A stretch of DNA of 45,112 nt, taken from the NCBI GenBank assembly GCA_949538655.1, contig CATISE010000059.1, positions 1 to 45,112 of the forward strand, written 5' to 3'. The notes under the pieces are model-generated. The model was given only the letters and a program-made list of their open reading frames with translations, ran no database searches and was not told where the DNA came from. A program made the position numbers and the translations under genes. Positions 8,604-16,900 of the stretch are shown one piece after another. The number at the start of each line of letters is the position of its first letter. Position 1 is the first letter of the stretch. This stretch comes from Marine Group II euryarchaeote MED-G33 (GTDB taxonomy: Archaea > Thermoplasmatota > Poseidoniia > Poseidoniales > Thalassarchaeaceae).

Positions 8604-10277
8604 TTATGCCTCCATGTGGCCATCTGCAAGATGGGCTTTTGCTTGATCGGATATTCGGAATAAGCGGGTCCTACCCTTTTTCCGGACAGACAGTATTCCA
8701 GATTTATGCAATCCATTGAATATTTGTGATAATCGTGGCCGACCTACTGCAAGGTGGGCTTGTAAGGCAGAGTCTGAAGGTGATACCTCTCGTGCAATCG
8801 ATGCCTCGACAATGATAATTTCAGAATCATTGAGAGATGATACCTTCTCGAAGTCTAACGGCAAAGTGGAACCAGTTGGTTTGGGTTGTGACTTGCGAAG
8901 ATTGTCCCCAATCGATTTGGCAGCCATGGGGTCCATAACCGGGGGAGCTTGAGGGGCGGGTTCAGGGAGAGTTTCAGCGACCCAGTAAGTGGTTTCGTCA
9001 GATTCTATTTGAGGCTCTTCGGGAGCGAAATTCATGCTTTTATCGGGTTTTGCAGTCAATGGCCCACTGGCCTTTGGGGCGAGAGCATTGTCCAAGCCGA
9101 TTTCCACCTTGGCCGTACGTTGACGGGTTGCGAGACCCCCAAATGCATGCATTGGAGGGGGTGGTTCAGTTCCTGGCTCCATCTCAAGAATCGCACCACC
9201 TAGTGCCTGAGACATGTCAGGTTCATCTGTTTCGTCGATCTCCATGGATGGAAATTCAAATTCTGAGGGGAGGTCTTCCATCTGTTCAAATGATGACTCC
9301 ATTGGTTCCTCAGGGAATTCTTCCTCGACCTCAACGATCGATTCAGGTAAATCCCAATTGAAATCGGCCTCCACATCTGGTTGTGATTCAGATTCGGGTG
9401 CAGATTCATCTGTCAAATCTTCTTTAGCGCCATCCAAGGGTTCCAGAGGCTCTACTTGAGGAGCCATTCGTTTCTTAGCGTCATTTGGCTCTAATTCCAT
9501 GGATTCAATCATTTGCTGTTTACGAGAGAAAGTTGTAGATGCACCTCGTTGTGAATCGATTAAATCCCTGAGGTGACGGATGATTGGGGTGGCACGCCCT
9601 CCTGTATGCGCGATTGCGTCTTCAATCAGAGATTGGGGTGCAATCCACCCCTCATTACTGACTTGGCTGATTCGCTTGTCGATTAGAGAACGTATGGTTG
9701 AAGAGTCGAAATCTGCCAATGGTTCAGTGATATCATACTCATATTGCAAATCATCAGGCCATGTGGCCAATTGTGCTGGCGTAAGGGCCACGATGACCAA
9801 CGCCCTCAAGCGATTCAAAACAGGGGTTAATCTTTCAAAAACTTGGGCTAAATCAGCTCCTGCAACCCCTGGGAAATCGAAGGTGATCAACGGTAAATCT
9901 CCACTTTTCCCCTCTAAAGTTGCGACCATTTCCTCAACCAATGTATTTGTCGAAGGAGGTACATCATGCCCCACGATAAGGCAAAACATCTCATGCAGGA
10001 GGCTTTTGCTGGGATTTTCCCCTGGGTAGTAGGAAAATCGATACGGATTCGGTGAAAGATTGCTTAATGACTGCAAAATAGAGGTTCGTCCCGAGCCGCG
10101 ATCTCCAAGCAATACCATCAGGCGGGGGCTGCCAAAGCGCAGGTGCTGTCTCAAATCCGACATTAATTCACTTCGTCCGACCAACAATGCGTAGTCGTTG
10201 GCCTCAATCGGCTTTGGCGAGAAGGGGTTTGCACGCATATGGGGTAGGTGCAAAGCATTCGTCACACTATTCGACAT
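8604..10277 (-). CDS. Orc/Cdc6-related 'archaeal ATPase' (COG1672-like) with a degenerate P-loop, a long acidic disordered linker and a C-terminal winged helix-turn-helix
   Basis: N-terminal NPFSPKPIE..LLVGRSELMSDL..LMVLLGDRGSGRTSIL (Walker A K to R). Roughly 230 aa of D/E/P-rich linker. C-terminal LSQIFNGLHKSGILSVRKKGRTRLFRIS is wHTH-like. Confidence 0.65.
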   Translation of the reverse strand: MSNSVTNALHLPHMRANPFSPKPIEANDYALLVGRSELMSDLRQHLRFGSPRLMVLLGDRGSGRTSILQSLSNLSPNPYRFSYYPGENPSKSLLHEMFCLIVGHDVPPSTNTLVEEMVATLEGKSGDLPLITFDFPGVAGADLAQVFERLTPVLNRLRALVIVALTPAQLATWPDDLQYEYDITEPLADFDSSTIRSLIDKRISQVSNEGWIAPQSLIEDAIAHTGGRATPIIRHLRDLIDSQRGASTTFSRKQQMIESMELEPNDAKKRMAPQVEPLEPLDGAKEDLTDESAPESESQPDVEADFNWDLPESIVEVEEEFPEEPMESSFEQMEDLPSEFEFPSMEIDETDEPDMSQALGGAILEMEPGTEPPPPMHAFGGLATRQRTAKVEIGLDNALAPKASGPLTAKPDKSMNFAPEEPQIESDETTYWVAETLPEPAPQAPPVMDPMAAKSIGDNLRKSQPKPTGSTLPLDFEKVSSLNDSEIIIVEASIAREVSPSDSALQAHLAVGRPRLSQIFNGLHKSGILSVRKKGRTRLFRISDQAKAHLADGHMEA

Positions 10278-10302
10278 CTATGGCTGCGAACTTCGATTGG
10301 GT

Positions 10303-10479
10303 TTAACAAGTTAACGCGAATCTAACACGTGAAGAATCCTGTTTCAAAGCGTTGAAGAGTGAACCGAATACCATCATAGCGTATTTATGTTCTTTTTATT
10401 GGGTTAAATATTTCCAATTAACGCATTATTAACGCTTTGTTAACGCATGTAAAGCGTTAGTAACGCTTTGTTAACGCAT
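10303..10479. repeat. Array of at least 8 TAAC(G/A)C boxes, including a 19-bp direct repeat and a 19-bp palindrome, around an AT-rich core
   Basis: TAAC starts at 10304, 10312, 10323, 10419, 10430, 10441, 10461 and 10472, mostly 11 bp apart. Inverted copies lie at 10346-10353 and 10451-10459. TAACGCTTTGTTAACGCAT occurs at 10430-10448 and again at 10461-10479. AAAGCGTTA-G-TAACGCTTT spans 10451-10469. Positions 10381-10417 are about 78% A+T. Confidence 0.85.
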
Positions 10480-10585
10480 ACGCATCTGATGATGTTCACC
10501 ATATTGCTCCAAATCAAGCGGTTGGAACAAACCTATTCGCAACCCTTTAGGACATCGAACTCAAGGAACAAAACGAGGATTAGCC

Positions 10586-11875
10586 ATGCCTGTTGAGAAC
10601 AGCCGTCTGAAGGGATTTTTCAAATTAAGCGTCAAAGAGCGAAGAGAGAAGGTTGCAGAATTGGCCGGATTGGATCAAGAGGCTATCGACGCACTTGCCG
10701 CAACGGGAGAATTGTCAGAATCTGCTGCAGATCGGATTATTGAGAATGTAATCGGTACATTGGCACTCCCTGTAGGTGTTGCAACGAATTTCATTATCGA
10801 TGATGAGCACTATATCGTACCCTTCGCCCTTGAAGAGCCATCAGTGGTTGCTGCAGCCAGCAATATGGCCAAGCGATGTCATGCAAAAGGGGGCTTTGTG
10901 TCCAACAATACAGACCCGATCATGATTGGTCAGATTCAAGTCGTAGGGTGCGAGGATGTTTTTGCAGCCAAATCAGCCATCCTTGAAGCAAAAGGCGGTT
11001 TGATTGAGGCCTGTAATGAGGTTGACCCGATTCTCGTCAAATTTGGAGGCGGGTGTCGAGATCTTGAGGCAAGAGTAATCGATACAGAATCCGGCCCAAT
11101 GGTAATCGTCCATATTCTGGTCGATTGCCAGGATGCCATGGGTGCCAATGCAGTCAACACGATGGCGGAAACGATTGCACCACGTGTGGAAGCGATTTCC
11201 GGGGGCACTGTCATTCTCCGCATCATCAGTAATTTGGCCATACACCGTTTGGCCCGCGTTAGTGCTACTTTCACCCCTGTAGAAATGTCAAATGCAGGTG
11301 ATGCCGCCCAAGGCGCAGAAGTCATCGAAGGGATTCTGCAAGCATACCACTTTGCCGCAGCAGACCCATTTAGAGCTACAACCCACAACAAGGGCATCAT
11401 GAATGCGATTTCACCGATTGGAGTCGCCTGTGGACAAGATTGGCGTGCTATCGAATCTGGAGCGCATTCCTATGCATCATATGAGCGCACATATGGTTCC
11501 CTGACACATTGGGAAAAAGATGACGACGGAAATTTGGTTGGTTCGATTGAATTGCCTATGCCAGTTGGGCTCGTAGGCGGTGCTGTACGTGTACATCCTG
11601 TCGCCAAGGCCAATGTAGCCATCATGGGTGCCAGAACAGCTGATGATCTATCCAAGGTGATGGCAGCAGCAGGATTGGCACAGAATCTGGGAGCCCTACG
11701 TGCCCTCGCAACCGTCGGGATCCAAGCAGGTCACATGAAACTCCACGCCCGAAATATGGCAGTTACTGCTGGGGCAGAAGATCATGAAGTCGATGCAGTT
11801 GTGGAAATTGCGAAATCAAAAGGCCGCATCACTGCAGAGGCGATTGAGGCAGCACTCAAGGAAGTCAGAGAATGA
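10586..11875 (+). CDS. hmgA: HMG-CoA reductase, class II (bacterial/Thermoplasma-type)
   Basis: ENVIGTLALPVGVATNF..VPFALEEPSVVAAASNMAK, DAMGANAVNT and ..HMKLHARN. The 429-aa length with no membrane anchor is typical of class II. Confidence 0.9.
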   Translation: MPVENSRLKGFFKLSVKERREKVAELAGLDQEAIDALAATGELSESAADRIIENVIGTLALPVGVATNFIIDDEHYIVPFALEEPSVVAAASNMAKRCHAKGGFVSNNTDPIMIGQIQVVGCEDVFAAKSAILEAKGGLIEACNEVDPILVKFGGGCRDLEARVIDTESGPMVIVHILVDCQDAMGANAVNTMAETIAPRVEAISGGTVILRIISNLAIHRLARVSATFTPVEMSNAGDAAQGAEVIEGILQAYHFAAADPFRATTHNKGIMNAISPIGVACGQDWRAIESGAHSYASYERTYGSLTHWEKDDDGNLVGSIELPMPVGLVGGAVRVHPVAKANVAIMGARTADDLSKVMAAAGLAQNLGALRALATVGIQAGHMKLHARNMAVTAGAEDHEVDAVVEIAKSKGRITAEAIEAALKEVRE

Positions 11876-11890
11876 ATAGTTGGGGCTACA

Positions 11891-12187
11891 ATGGTCGAAG
11901 AAGATTCAACCAACATCGGCATTTCATATAGGCCGAAAAGAGGAGTAAACACACTACTCGTTTTCTCTTTATTGTTCGTAATCAGCGCCGGATTGTTTTA
12001 CGGGTGGATCTATTTGGGTGATGCCGATGGAGACGGACTAAACGATGAGTGTGTCGAATCTGGTGGTTGGCTTTGCCATAATAGCATGGCGACACCACTT
12101 GCAGACACTTGTATTTCGATATCCGGCGTATTGCTTCTTGTTGCGATAGTGACTTATGCTATCCAACAAATCGGAAGACTGAGATAA
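11891..12187 (+). CDS. Hypothetical small membrane protein (2 TM) with a DADGDGLND loop
   Basis: ATG ORF 15 nt after hmgA. Two hydrophobic helices flank a DxDxDG-like, Cys-containing loop. Confidence 0.5.
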   Translation: MVEEDSTNIGISYRPKRGVNTLLVFSLLFVISAGLFYGWIYLGDADGDGLNDECVESGGWLCHNSMATPLADTCISISGVLLLVAIVTYAIQQIGRLR

Positions 12188-12285
12188 TCCGTTGCCAAGT
12201 GTTCAATACAAAGAGTTCATCCGATACCCTTAGCAATCATATGAGAATGTGAAGGGAGAAAGTGGATGGTTATTGAAGAAAATTC

Positions 12286-12942
12286 TCACTCTTCTTCTGA
12301 TTGAATAATCTCGGCACTTTCCTCATCCCAGCCTTCACCGACAGGGACTTCAGGTGCATCTTGAATTTCCCCATCCCCATCACCAAGACTTGCTGCCAGT
12401 TCAGCACCATCCATGCCCATTTTGGCAGCATGTTCCCTGAACCACTTACGCACTTTTTTCGATTCAGCGAATGGGCAACCAAACATCTCCGCAAAACGGC
12501 GAGTTGTTGTCAAGCGTCTTGAGAGTCCATCTCGCCGTCGATCAATCAAACCAAGATGAGCGAGGTCACGAACATGATCATAGGCACGTTGCCCAATCAT
12601 TTCGACCAGTTGGCTCTGTGCCATTGGTTGATGATATGCAATCAGTGCTGCAGCCGCTAACAAGCGCTGAGGAATCTCAGTTCTGAACGACGATGGGATG
12701 TGGTTGGCCAATTTTGGTTTCACTTCCATAACCCATCTTCCACTGACGCTGGTCAGTTGGAGAGCCCCTCCAGGTCGACGTTTCATTGTGTGCTGTAGCG
12801 ACTCGAGATTTGCAACAACCTCACCATGGGTTTGCTGTAGTGATTCTGCAAGCTCTTCAACAGAAAGGGAACGGCCTGCCCCGAACAAGGTTGCTTCTAG
12901 CAAGGTGCGTAGATCTACGTCACTCAGAATCATCACCCCCAT
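12286..12942 (-). CDS. scpB: Segregation and condensation protein B
   Basis: LLEATLFGAGRSLSVEEL.., AALIAYHQPMAQSQLVEMIG..VRDLAHLGLI are tandem wH motifs, followed by an acidic tail. Start at ATG 12942 or 12933; the track start at 13095 lies inside scpA. Confidence 0.85.
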   Translation of the reverse strand: MGVMILSDVDLRTLLEATLFGAGRSLSVEELAESLQQTHGEVVANLESLQHTMKRRPGGALQLTSVSGRWVMEVKPKLANHIPSSFRTEIPQRLLAAAALIAYHQPMAQSQLVEMIGQRAYDHVRDLAHLGLIDRRRDGLSRRLTTTRRFAEMFGCPFAESKKVRKWFREHAAKMGMDGAELAASLGDGDGEIQDAPEVPVGEGWDEESAEIIQSEEE

Positions 12943-13939
12943 CTGCTTGGCGTGGCCCGATACCGATCTCTGTAGATATGGTTGCAAAATCATCGTATTT
13001 CGGCCATTTGTCCTGCAAGAAAATATCCCCACTAGGATATTCCATTTGCCACAAATCTGTGTAACCCCGGTGCGTGAGGAACAAAGCGGAAACAAAACCC
13101 GTCACCTGGCCTTCTTCCTCGGCCTCCTTCAAAGTCCACCCTTCTGCAGCGGAATGCTCAGCTAGTTTTTCTGCGACTTGTTCCAGAGTCACTGGAGCGC
13201 CATCTGGACTGGCAGCCCGAATCGCCTCCCAGCATCGCCGAATATCATCCTCAAGGTCTTCCTTGTGCATCCGAGTCGTCACATTTGACATCCAATCACT
13301 GACTTCGGCCGCATGTTTAATCCGGCTCTCTTCGCGAATCCGGCGTTCCTCAACCTCTTGATGTGCCCCCTGCAGAGACATCAACAATTCAGTAAGGGTA
13401 ACGGGGCGACCCTCCTCACGTTTTACTCGTCCATCGAGAAGATTGGGCAACGCATCAGTGGTTTGTCCAGTAATGATCCCCACACTGAAATTGTATTCTT
13501 CATCCTCAAATTCGGTTTGCCAACCTTCCAGAGCCCAAGGGTCATCCTCCCATTCTTCTTCAGCACGCTCTGCGCGATCGAGTAGTGTAGATGCTTGGCC
13601 ATGCAATACTTTCCAAGCCATTCGTATTAGGCGCCCACAGGTTGGGAGGTCGATATTTTCTGTATCCTTTGTACGAAGATTGAACTGTTCGATGAAAACA
13701 CTCAAATCAACATCCCACGGATCCAAACTTGCATCGTTAAACATCTGGAAAACGAGTGCGACAGATCGATCAAATGGGTCGGCTAGGCTCTGATGTTCTG
13801 CGCTTTCTAAATCTGCAATTTCAATCAAACGATCGATGTATCGATGCTTGTCGAGATTTGCATCATCTTGTTCACCAAGCAACTGTTTGACAATCGTCGC
13901 TTGCATGTCACGGGTCTCAAGTAGAGACATCGAAATCAC
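12920..13939 (-). CDS. scpA: Segregation and condensation protein A (kleisin)
   Basis: It sits between smc and scpB. ..LDPWDVDLSVFIEQF.. is an N-terminal kleisin motif, followed by an acidic middle and a C-terminal wH-like region. GTG 13939 overlaps the smc stop; ATG 13930 is an alternative start. Confidence 0.8.
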   Translation of the reverse strand: MISMSLLETRDMQATIVKQLLGEQDDANLDKHRYIDRLIEIADLESAEHQSLADPFDRSVALVFQMFNDASLDPWDVDLSVFIEQFNLRTKDTENIDLPTCGRLIRMAWKVLHGQASTLLDRAERAEEEWEDDPWALEGWQTEFEDEEYNFSVGIITGQTTDALPNLLDGRVKREEGRPVTLTELLMSLQGAHQEVEERRIREESRIKHAAEVSDWMSNVTTRMHKEDLEDDIRRCWEAIRAASPDGAPVTLEQVAEKLAEHSAAEGWTLKEAEEEGQVTGFVSALFLTHRGYTDLWQMEYPSGDIFLQDKWPKYDDFATISTEIGIGPRQADGGDDSE

Positions 13940-16900
13940 TCCTGTTCCTCTACTTCAGGGACTTCAGAAATTTGCTCAACGGGTTCGGAAACCGCCTCTT
14001 CTTCAGCCTTTTTCGCATCCACTGCTTGCTCCCATTCGAGGCGTTCATCCATGTCCTCTTTTTCATCCGAGGCACGGTCAGCGAGTGAAGAAATTGTGAT
14101 ATCAGGCCCGTCATTTTCAACGATTTCAGGGCCTACTTCGGCAGAGACTGGAGTTTCACCTGCACCGTCTTCGGCATCCAATAATGAGCCACCCAGACTA
14201 GCTGGAGTCGGCAATTCTTCGGGTGCAGATTCCATCTTGGAAGGGTCAGGGAGATCTTTGGTCAGTTTCGCCTTCTTCTCAAGGGTGGCTGTCGCCGCTT
14301 CAAGTTCTGCCTCAGCCGCCTCGCCGAGTTCGATGGCCTGTTCACGATCGAAGTCAGTGATACGACGACTGCAACCATCGCCAGCATGAGTGATTCCGAT
14401 GTGGTGGTCTGCGAGTTGGAGGCTGACCTTGCGCAATGTGACCATGATGAACTGAGCTCGTTGGCTACGTAGACGACAAAGGCGTGCGATATGTTCCGCG
14501 TTGTATGCATCGAGGTTCTGGTCAACTTCATCAAAGTAATAGAAAGGACTTGGGTCGTAATCTTGGATTGCGAAAATGAGAGCCAATGCTGCCATTGATT
14601 TCTCGCCACCAGAGAGAAGACTGAGTTTGCTCTTGCTAGATTTGCCTCGTGGTTGACACCACATCTCAAGACCACCTGTAAAGGGATCTTTTGGATTCTC
14701 AAGGCGCAACTCGGCGTTTCCACCATCAGATAATCTACTGTAAACTCTCTTGAAATTCTCAGAGACTATTTCCAATACGGTGGTCAACCTGGACTTGCGT
14801 TCACCCTCCAACTTTTCAGTAAGTTGGATGAGGTCTGTACGACGCTTTCTTAGGACGCTAGAATCATCAGTGATGCGGACAAGACGTTCTTCAGCCTCAT
14901 CATATTGTTCGATCGCCATCATGTTGACATCGCCTAGATTTGAAATCCGACGCTCGATATTTCGGACACTAGACTCTGCATCCCCTACGCTGGGCAAGTC
15001 AATATCTTCAGTCAGTGGTTCGACATTCTGGGCTGACATTTCCTGCGTCAACTCCTCAAGTAGCCTGCGTTTGTTCTCAATTTCTTGAGATAGTTCATCG
15101 CAACGAGTTCGAAGAGATTCACGAGTGTTGCTATTTTGCTCAAGAGTTGCCTTGATTCCAGCACGATCTTCACGTAGTGACTTGGAACGCTCGTTGAGTT
15201 CTCGGTGTTCTTCAGCAACTTGTTCGTGAGCTTCGGAAACAGTTTCGAGTTCTGAATTCAATGTCTCAATTTCTGCATTGAGTTCGCTGATACGTGCTTG
15301 TGACTTATCGATGATTGAAGATTGCTCGGCAATACGCCGCTCGATTTCATTGACATTGTGCTGCAATAGTTCCGTATTCGCATTCCCTGTTGCCAGTTTA
15401 GATTCTGCGTCGATCTTCGCTTGCATTGCAGCAACACGGAGTTCATCGCTCGCCCTTAGGCGTTCTGAAAGATGTTCAGGTGATGATGAAAGTAAACTGT
15501 CGGAAGCAATCTGACGTTCATTGACAGCATTGTCGTAAGCCTCTGTTGCAGCATCAGCACGGTCCTGTAACTTCTGATATACATTCTTGGCTTCAACAAG
15601 TTGGGCGTTGCAAACCTTGAGCTTGTCTTGTGCCGATTCAAAGGCAGTGTTTGCTCGCTTCATATCTTCTTGCCACGCACGTAGTTTGAGACTTGAATCA
15701 TCACCACCAAGATTGTTGATTTTCTCCCGTAGACGATGTTGATTTTGACGTGCTTCAGCCAGAGCAGCGTTGACCGTATCGGAAAGCAATTCCAATCGGC
15801 TGATTTCTGTTTCAGCCTGTTGAACTGCATTCATGCCAGCAATATTACCACCGAATTGGGGGCGGCGGCCTCGAACAGCACCACCGACCATGGCCCCACT
15901 TGCCTCGGTAATACTACCATCCAGGGTCACCATTCGCACACCACCCATGTGGCGTCTTGCAGTGCCCATATCTCGGACAATGAGTGTGTCTCGAACAGCG
16001 TGCTTTACTGCTGATTCAATCGTTTCATCAAACTCTAGTAGATTGAATGCAAAGCCTACAACACCGTCCTGACGAGCGGTCATGACTGCTTTACCACCAG
16101 GTCGACGAACGGTGAGCTTGTTCAGTGGTAGGAATGTGGCCCGGCCTGCACGATTGTCTCGCAACCACTTGATACAGGTCGCTGCGGTTTCATCGTCACG
16201 GACAATGATACTGTTCATTCCACCTCCTAGGGCGAAAGCAAGAGCCTCTTCATGTTCGGCATCCTTGGGCTCACACAATTGTCCAAGCGGCCCCAGTATC
16301 CCCTGAACCTGTCCTGAATCTTTGAGTGACATGACTGCGGAAACTGCTTGGGCCAATCCAGCCTTGGAACCGGATTTGTTTTCCATTTCGCCCTGAGCCC
16401 GGGCAAGGGAACGTTCTGCTTCGCGAACTTTCCTCTCAACTTCCTCAGTTTGCTCCATGAGTGTTCGTTCTTGACGTTGTAGGCGAGTCAATTCCTCAGC
16501 CATTTGGCTTCGATCATTTTCACCACTATCGCCTTGAAGATCCTCTCCAACCAATTGTAAGTCATCACGAGTAAGGCGAGCATCGGCGAGAGACTCTTCC
16601 AATTCTGCGAGGCGCTCTTCGGCCATTGTCACTTGATTTTGTGATCGGTCAGCCTCTAGGGATGCTGTAACACGTAACTCGTCGGCTTTGGTGACAGCTT
16701 CTGTTGCTTTGCCAAAGGCACGATTGAGGTCATGGTTTGCGCGATCCCCGCCTGAAATGGCTTCGCGCGCTGATTTCTCTTCTTCGGCTGCTGATTCCAT
16801 GTCTGCATCGGCCTTGACCAATGCCTCTTGTGCCTCAGCGAGGCTGACTTGGTGGTTTTCAAGAGCTTGTTGTGCATTGGATTGTTCCTTGGAAAGTACT

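Noticed and set aside
10303-10479. The repeat array as a CRISPR array
   Set aside because: The units are 6-19 bp at an 11-bp period with no spacers of CRISPR size, and inverted copies are present. No cas genes are in the window.
11891-12187. The 98-aa protein as a prepilin (..RPKRG/VNTLLVFSLLFVISAG.. resembles a class III signal peptide)
   Set aside because: The leader is long for a prepilin, the protein has a second C-terminal TM helix that is atypical for pilins, and it lies 27 kb from the filament cluster, directly after hmgA.
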